From an uncultured Gemmatimonadales bacterium (GTDB lineage Bacteria; Gemmatimonadota; Gemmatimonadetes; Palauibacterales; Palauibacteraceae): a stretch of 64,000 nt of DNA. A program made the position numbers and the translations under genes. Positions 7,435 through 18,154 of this stretch are shown one piece after another (the stretch's first letter is position 1; each line of letters begins with the position of its first letter). The stretch covers positions 64,001 to 128,000 of the forward strand of contig CAWANJ010000009.1 of the NCBI GenBank assembly GCA_963783385.1. Reading direction: 5' to 3'. The notes under the pieces are model-generated. The model was not told the origin of the DNA, searched no databases, and saw only the letters and a list, made by a program, of their open reading frames with translations.

Positions 7435-9573
7435 TCAGTCGCCCGCGGCCGCCGGGTCGGCGGGCGACGCCGGCCGGTTCAGCAGCGCCTGGAAGGCCGG
7501 CTCCTTCCGGAGCGGATCCCAGTTCGGGTCGAGTCGGAGCAACGCGGGAGAGATGTCGAGTCCGGCCGGCCTCTCCAGCAGGCTGCGCAGCAGCTCGAGC
7601 GCCTGCCCGGTCCGACCGACGCGGACGTACAGCCTGGCCAGCCAGCTCATGTAGGCGGTGCCGCTGAACGCGTCGCGGCTCGTCGGCATCAGGCCGGCCG
7701 CTCGCCGCCCCTCGGCCGCGGCCTCGTCCCCAAGACCCAGCCCGGCCAGCGCGAAGCCGAGCCCGAGGTGCAGCTCCGCGTCGTCCGGGCGTCCCGCGAC
7801 GGCGGCGGCCAGGGCAGACCGGACCGCAGCGTAGCTCACCTTCGCGCCCGCCGTGTCGCCGGCGGCTTCCTGGGCCCAGGCCAGGTAGAGCCGCCTGGGG
7901 AGGACGACGTTGCTCTGGTCGCTCCAGCCGTCCGACGCATCCGATCGGGCCTTCTCGATCGCGGCGGCGTAGTCGCGCGACCACCAGTCGAACCAGAAGA
8001 AGTCCCGGGCGTCGCCGGTGTAGCTGGGGCTGGCCCGCGTCACCGAGTCGAGGGCGGCGCCCAGCGGGGCGAGGTCTCCGGTCCATCGCACCGTGTTCTG
8101 GCCGCGCCCGACGCGCTCGTCGGCCGGGTCCCGGGCCAGGGCGGCCGCCTTCTGGTAGGCGCGGTCCGCCTCGGCGTAGCGGCGCAGGGACGCGTAGGTA
8201 AGGGCGAGCTGGTCGGGAGCCGCGGCGCTGCGCGGGTCCAGTACGGCCGCCTGCCCGAAGGCGGTCACGGCCCGGTCCCACTGGCCCCGGCGCCGCGCCA
8301 CCGCGGCCAGCAGCATCTCGACATCCGAGCTGTTGGGCAGGGTGCTCCGGGCCAGCTCCAGCTCCCGCAGCGCCCCGGCGTAGTCGCGGAAGCCCCAGTA
8401 ATCGTAGAGCGCCAGCGCGTAGTGGGCCTCTCCCAGGTCGGGCTGCTGGCCCAGGGCCAGCTGCGCCGCCGATCGGGCAGCGGCCAGGCGGGCGTCCGTG
8501 CGGTCGGCGCCGAACCAGTACATGTACATGTTGGCGCGGGCCAGCGCGGCGGCGGCGAGCGCGAAGCCCGGGTCCCGGGCCAGCGCCTGCTGGAGGAGCG
8601 GGATCGCGACCGTGAGCTCGACGCGGGACAGCGCGTTCTGGTCGTAGGCGCGCAGCGCGTGAGCATCGGCCCGCAGATAGAGGTCGAGGGCGGCCGTGTC
8701 GGTGGTGGCCGTCGCCGTGACGCGCTGCTCCTCGGCCGGGGTGAGCCTGGCATTGAGGGCCGCGGCGATCTTCTGCGCCACCTCGCTCTCGACGCCGAAG
8801 ATGTTGTCCAGGGTGCGCGTGTAGCTCGCGGCCCACAGATGATGGTCGGTGCGGGCGTCGATGAGCTGGACGTTGATGAGCACCTGGCGGCCGGCGCGCT
8901 GCACGCTGCCCTCGAGGACGTTCGCGACCCCGAGCTCGCGCCCCGCCGTTCGAAGATCGCCCGGGTGGCTCCCGTACGACTCCGTGGAGGAGCGGGACAC
9001 CACGGTGAGGTCGCCGATCCCGACGAGGCGGGTGAGGATCATGTCCTGGATGCCGCTGGCGAAGTAGGCGTTCGCCTTGTCCTCGCTGAGGCTCTCGAAC
9101 GGGAGCACGGCGATGGACCGGGGCGGCATCGTGGCCGGAGCGGAGAGCGGGAGGTCCGAGGGCGTCGGCAAGGTCCGGCCCGCGGCCGCCACGTGCGCGG
9201 GCTCGGCCGTGCTCCTGGTGAGCCTCCAGGCGAGCAGGCCGATGGCGGCCACGACCATGGCGATGATGACCCAGTCAATGGGGCGCAGCCGACCCCGGCC
9301 CGAGGGGGCGGCCCTGGCTCCCTCCACGCCGACCGGCACCGTGCGGCGCACACCCTCGGGCGTAACTTCGAACGCCCAGGCGATCACCAGCGACACCGGG
9401 AGGAAGAGAAGGAACAGGCCGATCACGGCCCTGAGGGCCTGGGGCGGGGCGCCATAGGCGGGCAACATGATCGAGGCGAGCTGCACGAGGAGCCCGCCCG
9501 TGACCACGTAGGCGACGGCGACCCAATGGACATGGCGGCGGCGAAGCTCACGCAGGAAGCTCGACAGGCTCAT
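7435..9573 (-). CDS. Membrane-anchored TolB-like domain/TPR protein (no kinase or cyclase domain)
   Basis: FLRELRRRHV..VAVAY TM region, AWAFEVTPEG, SIAVLPFE, LEGSVQR, TPR-like repeats and LRLDPNWDPLR. Confidence 0.88.
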   Translation of the reverse strand: MSLSSFLRELRRRHVHWVAVAYVVTGGLLVQLASIMLPAYGAPPQALRAVIGLFLLFLPVSLVIAWAFEVTPEGVRRTVPVGVEGARAAPSGRGRLRPIDWVIIAMVVAAIGLLAWRLTRSTAEPAHVAAAGRTLPTPSDLPLSAPATMPPRSIAVLPFESLSEDKANAYFASGIQDMILTRLVGIGDLTVVSRSSTESYGSHPGDLRTAGRELGVANVLEGSVQRAGRQVLINVQLIDARTDHHLWAASYTRTLDNIFGVESEVAQKIAAALNARLTPAEEQRVTATATTDTAALDLYLRADAHALRAYDQNALSRVELTVAIPLLQQALARDPGFALAAAALARANMYMYWFGADRTDARLAAARSAAQLALGQQPDLGEAHYALALYDYWGFRDYAGALRELELARSTLPNSSDVEMLLAAVARRRGQWDRAVTAFGQAAVLDPRSAAAPDQLALTYASLRRYAEADRAYQKAAALARDPADERVGRGQNTVRWTGDLAPLGAALDSVTRASPSYTGDARDFFWFDWWSRDYAAAIEKARSDASDGWSDQSNVVLPRRLYLAWAQEAAGDTAGAKVSYAAVRSALAAAVAGRPDDAELHLGLGFALAGLGLGDEAAAEGRRAAGLMPTSRDAFSGTAYMSWLARLYVRVGRTGQALELLRSLLERPAGLDISPALLRLDPNWDPLRKEPAFQALLNRPASPADPAAAGD

Positions 9574-9894
9574 GCGCGGGCGCATTCCCTGGAGGCGCGC
9601 CACGAGGCGGATCGAACCCAGGGGAGGAAGGCGTCCGTGCGGTTCTCCCGGCGTCGGGGGTGGCTCGTGTTGGCGCCTCCGGTCGCTCCCGGAGGACCGC
9701 CCCGCGGGAGCGCGAAACGGCGAGAAACTCTCGGTCGAAGCTAGCTGGGAAGACCGGGCCTCGCAACGAGTCGCGGGCCCCGGAGCGTCACAACGTCGGC
9801 CTCCATCCGGGGTGGATGTCCCGGCCCGGGAGAACGGTGGGGCGGCTTTGCGACACGGCCCGCACCCGGAACACGCGCTCCAGCAGCTCCGCCC

Positions 9895-12240
9895 TCACGG
9901 GGTGAAGGAGAGCCCAATGCTGCCGTAGTAGGTCGGGTCGTAGGGCGCGGGGATGATGTAGCCGTCGCCCGTGCCCCCGTCCTGCGGCTGGGCGATGGAG
10001 CCGTAGTCCGGTCCCACGAACACCCACGCGTAGTGCGCACTGCCGGTCAGGTTGTCGGCCCCGGCGGAGAGGTCCAGCTTCCAGTGCTCGTCCAGCTGCC
10101 GGCGGAAGCCGGCCTTGAGCCCGAGCAGCGAGTAGCTGCGCACGTAGGTCGAGTTGTCGAGGGTCACCGGCACCTTTCCCACGTAGCGGAAGGTGCCGTT
10201 CAGGTAGAGGCCCGTGCGGCTGGCCAGGTCGAGGCCGGCGCTGAGAACGTTTTTCGGCACCCGGGGCACCGCGCTGCCCGAGTAATCCGCCGAGCCCGGC
10301 CCGCCGCTGGCCGTGCTGAAGAAGCTCGGGAAGGTGGCGTCCGTGTAGGAGTAGGACACCCAGGGCCGGACCTGCGAGATCGGCTTCGTGGAGTCGGCCA
10401 CCAGCAGGTAGCTGAGCGAGGCCTCGAGGCCGCGGTTCCGCTGCTTGCCGGCGTTGGTCGTGAAGGTGACCGAGTTCGAGGTCTCCGACACCAGCTTGTT
10501 CGTGTTCTCGACGTCGTACAGGGCGATCCGGCCGGACAGGCGGTCGTTCAGCAGGTTCCCCTGCACGCCCACCTCGTACTGCACGGCCCGCTCCGGCTCG
10601 AGCTGCAGGTTCACCGAGCCGTCGCTGGCCACCACGCTGCTCAGGAGCGGCGGCGTGTAGCCGGAGCTCACGCTGGCGTAGACGGAGGCGTCTCCGCCCA
10701 GCTCCTTGTGGACCGCGATCCGCGGCGTGAGCACGAAGTCGAAGCTGCGGGTGTTCACCGTGGCCGTGTCGTTGATCACGCCGTTCTTGAGGAGGTTCCG
10801 CACCGAGAACTCGTTCCTCTGGAGCCCGGCGCCCACCGTGACCCGGAAGGCCTGCGGGAGCTGGAAGGACCAGTCGGTGAAGATCGACAGGTCGATCGCG
10901 TAGTCCTCGTGGTCGTTCGGGAACTGGATGCTGGGATTGGGCGGGAGGATGAACACGCCGTTCTGCTTGATGTCGGAGCGCTGGATCATGGCGCCCAGGT
11001 GTCCGCTCACGCCGAGGTTCTCGCCCAGCGGTCCAGAGTAGCCGAACACGGAGCGGGCGCCGTAGCTGATGGAGTTCGCGTCGTTGAACCCGTGCGCGAA
11101 CGGTCCGCGTGTCTTGACCCCCGTCCCGAACAGCGTCGTCTCGTTGGTGAAGTCGCCCGAGATCTGGATGCGGTCCCGCACGCCGCCGATGAACGCCGTG
11201 GCCGCCGTGTGGGAGTCGTTGGCCAGGTAGGCCGCGTTGCTCTCGGGCAGCCGGGCGTAGTAGGAGGCGCTGTCCACCTCGCCGGCGAGCGCCTCGTACG
11301 AGTTGTTGTAGGCGAAGAAGGTGGACAGCGTGTGCTTGTCGTCCACCCGGAAGTGGCCGCTGGCCCGCACGAAGTTCTTCCGAGAGTTCGAGTGCGGCCG
11401 AAACGCGTCGTACTCCTGGTAGCCATAGTTGACCGTGACGTCGGACCGGTCCGTGGCCGACTGGAAGGTCGAGTTGCTGCGCAGCAGCCCGTAGCGGCCC
11501 GAGGTCACCGACTGGCCGAAGGTGGTCCGGTCCGGGGGTGGCCGCTTCGTGGTGAGGAGCACCGTGCCGCCGATGAAGCTCCCGTACTCGCTGGAGGCCG
11601 GGCCCTTGATCACCTCGACGTTGCCCAGGGAGGCGTAGTCGATGTCGTCCATGAGGGTCACGCCGGCCGCGTTCGTGATCGGGATCCCGTCCAGGAAGAC
11701 CCGGTAGCCGAGGCCATTGAAGTTGGCGCTGTTCCCGACGCTCGGGTAGTAGCCGCGGATCGTGATGTGCGCGCCGCCGAAGGGCGTCCTCGACTGCATG
11801 AACACGCCCGGCAGGGTGTTGAGCGAGTTGGCCAGGTGGAGCTCGTCCCCGCGCTCCAGGTCCTGCTGGCTCAGCATGCTGACCGAGGGCGTCGGCCGGC
11901 TCCCCACGACCGAAATGCCCGGGAGCTGGACGGCCGTGGGGGCGAGCGCGATGTGCTGGGCGAGGCTCGGGTCCGAGACCGGCACGGTCTTCGTCGCGTA
12001 GCCCGCGGCCGAGACCGTGAGGCTGCTCAGGCTCCCCGGGACCGTCAGCGTGAAGGCGCCGGACTCGTTGGTGACCACGGCCACGCGCGTGCCGGTCGCC
12101 TCGACCCGGGCGCCGGGCAGCGGCTCGCCCGTGCGCTGGTCGACGACGGTGCCGCGCATTGTGGCCTGCGCGCGGGCCAGGGCGGGGAGGGCCAGGAGGA
12201 GCGCCGCCACGACGACGGCCGACCGACGGAGCAGGTGCAT
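9895..12240 (-). CDS. TonB-dependent receptor with N-terminal carboxypeptidase-regulatory-like domain
   Basis: Signal peptide, GTVVD..TGEPLPGA, plug motifs ITIRG and VEVIKGPASSEYG, LEPERA and ADNLTG. Confidence 0.93.
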   Translation of the reverse strand: MHLLRRSAVVVAALLLALPALARAQATMRGTVVDQRTGEPLPGARVEATGTRVAVVTNESGAFTLTVPGSLSSLTVSAAGYATKTVPVSDPSLAQHIALAPTAVQLPGISVVGSRPTPSVSMLSQQDLERGDELHLANSLNTLPGVFMQSRTPFGGAHITIRGYYPSVGNSANFNGLGYRVFLDGIPITNAAGVTLMDDIDYASLGNVEVIKGPASSEYGSFIGGTVLLTTKRPPPDRTTFGQSVTSGRYGLLRSNSTFQSATDRSDVTVNYGYQEYDAFRPHSNSRKNFVRASGHFRVDDKHTLSTFFAYNNSYEALAGEVDSASYYARLPESNAAYLANDSHTAATAFIGGVRDRIQISGDFTNETTLFGTGVKTRGPFAHGFNDANSISYGARSVFGYSGPLGENLGVSGHLGAMIQRSDIKQNGVFILPPNPSIQFPNDHEDYAIDLSIFTDWSFQLPQAFRVTVGAGLQRNEFSVRNLLKNGVINDTATVNTRSFDFVLTPRIAVHKELGGDASVYASVSSGYTPPLLSSVVASDGSVNLQLEPERAVQYEVGVQGNLLNDRLSGRIALYDVENTNKLVSETSNSVTFTTNAGKQRNRGLEASLSYLLVADSTKPISQVRPWVSYSYTDATFPSFFSTASGGPGSADYSGSAVPRVPKNVLSAGLDLASRTGLYLNGTFRYVGKVPVTLDNSTYVRSYSLLGLKAGFRRQLDEHWKLDLSAGADNLTGSAHYAWVFVGPDYGSIAQPQDGGTGDGYIIPAPYDPTYYGSIGLSFTP

Positions 12241-12302
12241 GGGGGATCCTCTCGCGGGCGTGCACAGGGGTCGCGCGGAGCGGTGGGCCGCGCCGCGGGC
12301 TC

Positions 12303-12322
12303 ATTCATGAAAAATTCATGAA
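12303..12322. promoter_or_regulatory. Putative OmpR/PhoB-family operator, ATTCATGAA x2 with an 11-bp period
   Basis: ATTCATGAA-aa-ATTCATGAA lies about 60 bp upstream of the receptor start, directly after the two-component genes. Confidence 0.6.
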
Positions 12323-12369
12323 CGGGAGGATAGAGGACGGGCGCAGGACGGGCAAGTCGGGGTCGACGG

Positions 12370-13827
12370 TCAGGCCGCCGGGGCGCCCTCCAGCGGCAGG
12401 GTGACGCGGAACTCGGTGCGGCCGGGCCGCGAGCCGGCCAGCTCGACGCGGCCCCCGTGCAGCCCGGCGATGCGGCGGCAGATGGACAGGCCGAGGCCGG
12501 CGCCGCTGGTCAGGGTGCTCGCCTCGCGGGAGCGCGCCGCGTCCACCCGGAAGAAGCGCTCGAACACGTGCTCGCGCGCCTCGGGCGGGATGCCCGGCCC
12601 GTGGTCGACCACCGACAGCTCGCAGGCGCCGTCCCGGGTCCCCAGCGACACCTCGACCGCGCTCCCCCCGGGCGCGTGCTTGATGGCGTTGTCCAGGAGG
12701 TTGAGGACGAGCCGGCCGAGCAGGTCGCCGTCGCCGACCACCGGGGCGGCCGCCAGCACCCCGAGCTCCACGCGCACGCCGCGCTCGTCGGCGATCGGCT
12801 TCACGGAGCGCGCCGTGTCCCGCACCAGGTCATCGAGGTCGAGGGGGGCCGGGCTCATGACGAGGTGGCCCGCGTCGGCGCGCGCGATGAGGAACAGGTC
12901 CTCGACGATACGGCCCAGGCGACGCGAGGCGTCCTGCACGATGGCCATGGAGGCCCGGTACTCCTCCTCCGGGCGTGCCTCGCGGGACAGGGTGACGTCG
13001 GCCTCGGTGCGCACGATGGCCGCCGGGGTGCGGAGCTCGTGGGACGCGTCGGTCATGAAGCGGCGCTGCTGCTCGAAGGAGCGCTCCAGGCGGTCCAGGA
13101 GGTCGTTGAGGACTCGGGCCAGCTCGCCGAGCTCGTCGTCGGCCACCACCGGGAGGCGCTCGTGCAGCGTGCTCGCCCCGATCTCCGCCGCGCGCGAGGC
13201 CAGGGCGGACACGGGCCGGAAGCTCCGGCGGGCCAGGAAGAGGCCGCCGGCCGCGGCGAACAGGATGATGAGCGGAATGGCGACCAGGAAGAGCCTGCGG
13301 ATGCGCCCCAGCATCGCCTCCACGTCGGCCAGCGAGTGGACGCCGGCCAGCCGGAAGCGGCGCCCTTCCTGGACCAGAGGCCGCACCAGGACGCGGTAGG
13401 CGCCCCCGCCGCGGCGCACGGTCGCCAGCCGCTCGCCGCCCGCCGGCGGAGCTCCCAGGGCCGAGGCCAGTGCGGCCGGCTCGGGCGGCGAGGGCGGCCC
13501 CCGGCGGGACCCGGCGCCGGCCAGGTGCGGGCTGGTGCCGACCACGTCACCGGCCCCGTCCAGGATGACGATGTCGACCTCGCGGAAGCGCACCTCGCGC
13601 AGCGTGCGCCGCATGGCCACGTCCAGGGACGGACCGGCTCGCCGCTCCGCTCCCAGCTCGCGCGCGAACACGGTGAGGGCGTCCGACATGAACGCGTCCG
13701 TCCGGGCCCGCACGGTGTGGGAGAAGATCAGGTAGGAGGCGACCGCGAAGGCGGCCAGCGGGAGGGCCAGGGCCAGCGTGTACCAGAGCGTGAGCCGCGT
13801 GCGGACCGAAGAGGGGAGGAGGCGCAC
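12370..13827 (-). CDS. HAMP-domain sensor histidine kinase (CusS-like)
   Basis: Two TMs, HAMP, DASHELRTP H-box, NLLDNAIK, DHGPGIP, FERFFR and GAGLGLSI. Confidence 0.95.
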   Translation of the reverse strand: MRLLPSSVRTRLTLWYTLALALPLAAFAVASYLIFSHTVRARTDAFMSDALTVFARELGAERRAGPSLDVAMRRTLREVRFREVDIVILDGAGDVVGTSPHLAGAGSRRGPPSPPEPAALASALGAPPAGGERLATVRRGGGAYRVLVRPLVQEGRRFRLAGVHSLADVEAMLGRIRRLFLVAIPLIILFAAAGGLFLARRSFRPVSALASRAAEIGASTLHERLPVVADDELGELARVLNDLLDRLERSFEQQRRFMTDASHELRTPAAIVRTEADVTLSREARPEEEYRASMAIVQDASRRLGRIVEDLFLIARADAGHLVMSPAPLDLDDLVRDTARSVKPIADERGVRVELGVLAAAPVVGDGDLLGRLVLNLLDNAIKHAPGGSAVEVSLGTRDGACELSVVDHGPGIPPEAREHVFERFFRVDAARSREASTLTSGAGLGLSICRRIAGLHGGRVELAGSRPGRTEFRVTLPLEGAPAA

Positions 13828-13831
13828 GGGA

Positions 13832-14539
13832 TCAGCGACCGGCGTGCGCGCCGCCCGGGCCCTCGCCGCCCGCTTCCAGCGCGTAGCCGACCCCGTGGTG
13901 GGTGACGAGCAGCGGCTCCTCCTCCCCCTCGTCGATCTTCCGGCGCAGTCGGCTGGCGTACACGTCGATGACGTTGGAGTGGGCCTGGCTGTCCTCCCAC
14001 ACGTGCGCCATGAGCTCGTCGCGGGTGACCACCCGCCCGGCGTGGCGCGCCAGGTAGAGGAGGAAGGCGAACTCGCGGGCCGTGAGCTCGATGGTACGGC
14101 CGCCCCGGCGCACCGAGCGGCCGGGCGCGTCGATCGTCAGGTCGCCGACCCGGAGCGCAGCGTCCGCGCCCGCCTCGTCGCCACGTCGCCGGGTGAGGGC
14201 GCGCAGACGGGCCACGAGCTCCCCGAAGTCGAACGGCTTGGGGAGGTAGTCGTCCGCGCCCGCGTCGAGGCCCGCGATGCGGTGCTCGACCGCGTCGAGG
14301 GCGGTGAGCATGAGGATCGGTACCCAGTTCCCGGCTTCCCGCAGCTCGCGGCACACCTCGAGGCCGTCCCGGCCGGGGAGGAGGATGTCGAGGACGACGC
14401 AGTCGTAGTCGACCGCGCCGGCCATGGCCACGGCCTCGTCCCCGTCGGCGGCCTCCTCGACCTCCCAGCCGGCCTCGCGCAGCCCCCGCGCCACGGAGGT
14501 GCGGAGCTGGCGGTCGTCCTCGACGAGCAGGATGCGCAT
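13832..14539 (-). CDS. OmpR-family response regulator
   Basis: MRILLVEDD, LDILLP, GADDYLPKPF and winged-helix motifs LTAREF and NVIDVY. Confidence 0.95.
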   Translation of the reverse strand: MRILLVEDDRQLRTSVARGLREAGWEVEEAADGDEAVAMAGAVDYDCVVLDILLPGRDGLEVCRELREAGNWVPILMLTALDAVEHRIAGLDAGADDYLPKPFDFGELVARLRALTRRRGDEAGADAALRVGDLTIDAPGRSVRRGGRTIELTAREFAFLLYLARHAGRVVTRDELMAHVWEDSQAHSNVIDVYASRLRRKIDEGEEEPLLVTHHGVGYALEAGGEGPGGAHAGR

Positions 14540-14601
14540 GAGGTGAAGGGTACGGAGCGGGGCGGGGCGTGTCGATCGTGCGACGCGCTCCGCGCCGGGT
14601 C

Positions 14602-17600
14602 TCACCCGCCCCGGCGGCCTCCGTCCGCCCGCATCTCCACGGTCTTCACCGGGGGAATCGGGTCGAGCCCCACGCCGCGGACCCGGTCCCGGAAGGGTCC
14701 GAAGGCCTCCCGCAGGACGCGGTTCGTCCGGCCGATCGCCTTCGACACGGCGCGCTGCCCCTGCTCGAGGCGCTTCCGCTCCTCGGGGTTGGGGGCGTAC
14801 CAGGCCACGTCGCTCATCCGGAAGGGCACGATCCCGATCTTGTTTCTCACGGTCACGCCTCCCGCGATCCCCTGGGGCGGGTGGATGGGACCCGTCCAGG
14901 CCTCCTCGACCGCCTCGAGACTGTCGATCACCGCCTTCCCGGCCTTCCGCAGCGAGTCCGCCGTCGAGCGGGACAACCCCGGCTGGTCGGGCAGGGCGCC
15001 CAGCACCTCGTTCACACGGATCCGCGCGGTGCGGAGGGCCTCGACGGCGTCGGCCGCGGCTCCATCCAGCCGGGCGACCTCGAGGAGCATGGCGCGCTTG
15101 GCCTCCCGCGCAGGCATGGGCGTGTCGATGCGCGGGTCGCCCTCCACCTTCAGCGTTCCGGTCGCCGTGTCGCCCCGGCTCACCACCCGGATCGTGAAGG
15201 TGCCGGGCAGCACGGCGGGACCCCGGCCCTTCGGGGGCACCGTGTCGGTGGGGGACTTCATCGCCTTCTCGAGCGCCGCCACCGAGCGCGGCTGGCGGGC
15301 GGGACCGTCGGTCGAGAAGTCCCACGTCCAGCGGCTCAGGCCCTCCCCGAGCTTCAGGCTGTCCTCGTACAGGACCGAGTCCCCCTGGAGGACCTGGACG
15401 GTGGCGCTCTTCGTGGGAACGGGCGGGACGGTGTCGCCGGCCGGGCCGACCTTCGTGTAGGCGTACGACGCGGTATCAGCGGACGCGGCGGCGCCCGACT
15501 TCGCGGAAGCGCCCTCGCGGGCCCCGTTCGCGCCGCCCTTCGCCGCCAGGCTGTCGGGCACGTGGGCCGCGATCGTGATCGTGGCGCCGTAGGGCGCGTT
15601 CTGTCCCTCGAACATCGAGCTCCCGGGCGAGTCGTAGCTCACGTTGAGGCCCTGCTGGTGCTCGATGGCCGTGCCCGGGTCGAACAGGTGGAGGTCGGCG
15701 TGGAGGAGGGACGGGTCGTCGGCGATGGCGCGCAGCGGCCGGACGTCGTCGATGACGTACACCGAGCGGCCGAAGGTGCCGATCACCAGGTCGCTCTCGC
15801 GTGAGTGGGTCGCGAGGGCATCCACCGGCACGCCATGTGGAAAGCCATATGTCCACTGGCTCCAAGTACTTCCACCGTTCAAGCTTAAGTAGAGTCCGAA
15901 CTCCGTGCCGAGCCACAGGAGCTTCGGGTTCACGGGGTCCTCGGCGATCGTGCGCGCCCAGCCGTCCACGCCCTCCGTCGGGAGCCGCTTCCAGCTCTTA
16001 CCGTAGTCGGTCGTCTCGTAGACGTAGGTCGTCCAGTCGCCCCGCATGTAGTCGTGGATGGCGGCGTAGGCGGTGCCGGCGGCGTGGCGCGAGGCCTCGA
16101 TGTGACTCACCCATGCGTTCCGCGGCTTGCCCGGCATGTTCCCCTGGACGTTGGTCCACGTCTTCCCGCCGTCTTGCGTGACCTGCACGTTCCCGTCGTC
16201 CGTGCCGGCCCAGATTACGCCCCGGCGCACCGGGCTCACGGCCAGGGTGAAGATGGTCGTGTAGCCCTCGGCACCCGTGACGTCGTAGGTGAGCCCGCCG
16301 CTCCTGTCCTGCTGCTGCCACGCGGGGTTGTCCGTGGTCAGGTCCGGACTGATCGGCTCCCAGCTGTTCCCGTCATCGGCCGAGCGGAAGACGAACTGCG
16401 CCCCCTGGTAGACCGTGTTCGAGTCGAACGGGCTGGTCACCACCGGGGCGTTCCAGTTGTAGCGGAGCTTCACCGAATCGGAGGGCGGCGCCGGCTTGAT
16501 CCAGTGCAGGTAGCCCGTCTCGAGGTCGTAGCGCATCAGGTTCCCCTGCTGCCACTCCGTGAAGCCGCGGCGGGGGTCGTTGGGATCGGGGATGGTGGCG
16601 AACCCGTCCCCGAAGCCGATCGACACCCACCGGTAGTTGCGGATCCCGCTCCCGCGCCACGTGTCCGCGGGGCCGCGCCAGTTCCCGTTGTCCTGGAGGC
16701 CGCCGTAAACGTGGTAGGGGACCTCGTCGTCCACGGCCACCTCGTAGTACTGGCCCAGCGGCAGGTTGGCGACGAAGCGCCACGTCTTCCCGCGGTCCTC
16801 GGAGATGTAGACGCCGCCGTCGTTGCTGTCGACCAGGTAGTCCGGGTCGTCGGGGTCGATCCACAGGGCGTGGTGGTCCACGTGGACGCCCTTGCCGCGC
16901 ACGATGCTCCGGAACGTCTTCCCTCCGTCGTCGCTGACGCTCAGGTCCCCGGCAATGTGGTAGACGCGGTCGGGGTTCTGCGGGTCGACCAGCAGCCGGT
17001 TGTAGTAGAAGGGACGGTTGCCCATGTCCCGGTTGTCGTTCACGGTCTTCCAGGTCTCGCCCCCGTCCTCCGAGCGGAGGAGCTGCGTCTTCCTGGCCTC
17101 CACGAGGGCGTAGACGATGGCAGGATTCGAGGGTGCGATGGCCACGTTGATCTTGCCTAGCGGGCCCTCGGGCAGGCCGTTCTTCGACGTCTCCCGCTTC
17201 CAGGTCTCGCCGCCGTCCCGGGAGCTGTACAGGCCGCTCCCCGGGCCGCCCGACTTGAAGAAGTAGGGCCACCGGCGGCGCTGCCACAGGGTGGCGATGA
17301 TCCTGTCCGGGTTGGACGGGTCCATGGCCAGATCCACCCCGCCCGTGGTGTCGTTGGCGGGGGCGAGGACGAGCGTCCAGTGCTGCCCGCCATCGGTGGT
17401 CTTGTAGATGCCGCGCTGGCCCCCCGCGTTCCAGAGCGGGCCGGTGGCCGCCACCCACGCCACCTTCGTGTCGTTCGGGTCCAGGAGGATCTGGGCGATG
17501 TGCTCGCTCTTCTCGAGCCCGACGTGCTTCCACGTCTTCCCGCCATCGATGCTCCGGAACATCCCCTTGCCCATGCCGACGGAGTTGCGCGGGTTGTCCT

Positions 17601-17953
17601 CCCCCGTGCCCACCCAGATCACGTCGTGGTTCTTCGGGTGGACGACGATTTCGCCCACCGAGAGGACCGGCTCCTCGTCGAAGATCGGGCCGGAAGGTGG
17701 TCCCGTTGTCGGTGCTCTCCCACACGCCGCCGGTGGCGGCGCCCACGAACAGCGTGTCGTGCATGCCCGGGATCCCCACCACGTCCCCGATGCGGCCGCT
17801 CATGGTGGCCGGCCCGATGGAGCGGGCCGCCATGGCGGAGAAGGCGACCGTGTCGGGCTTCGGCGCGGGCCGACGTCGGCCGAACATCTGGGCCGAGGCG
17901 GAGGCGGGGAACGAGGCGAGGACGAGGGCGAGGGTGAGCGTGCGCGGCTTCAT
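14602..17953 (-). CDS. Secreted VPS10/BNR-repeat beta-propeller protein (glycosyl hydrolase-like), +1 frameshift at about 17688
   Basis: Signal peptide and RSIGPATMSGRI are in ORF 16373-17953. SxDGGxTW Asp-boxes are in ORF 14602-17658. Removing one base of the GGG at 17687-17689 gives TFRPIFDEEPVLSVG. Confidence 0.9.
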
Positions 17954-18154
17954 ACGCGGCTCCCTTGAGGTACCGTAGATTGGCCGGGTCGGGTGGGGGC
18001 ACGATGCGGCCGAGAGGCCGAAGGGGGCAAGCGGCGAACCGCCGGCCTCCGCGGCTTCCGGAGGCCGCTTCGCGGCCGTAGCTTACGGCGGAGACCCACC
18101 TTCCTTCGCCCCGCCTCGACGGGGCTCGTCCGCACCACCGAACGGGAGCGCCGC

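Noticed and set aside
6364-9744. Very long alternative ORFs (1126 aa at 6364-9744 +, 1246 aa at 25305-29045 -, 976 aa at 37505-40435 -, and many others)
   Set aside because: Antisense or frame shadows of real genes in high-GC DNA. They are rich in Arg/Gly/Pro/Ala and have no motifs.
9788-9898. Minus-strand VRAELLERVFRVRAV after the TonB receptor, vaguely like IS91-family transposase C-termini
   Set aside because: Too short, lacks the following CxxC, and there is no other IS evidence.
15835-15900. AT-rich patch as a dif or parS site
   Set aside because: It does not match the XerC/XerD arm pattern or the TGTTTCACGTGAAACA parS consensus. Kept as an unexplained anomaly.
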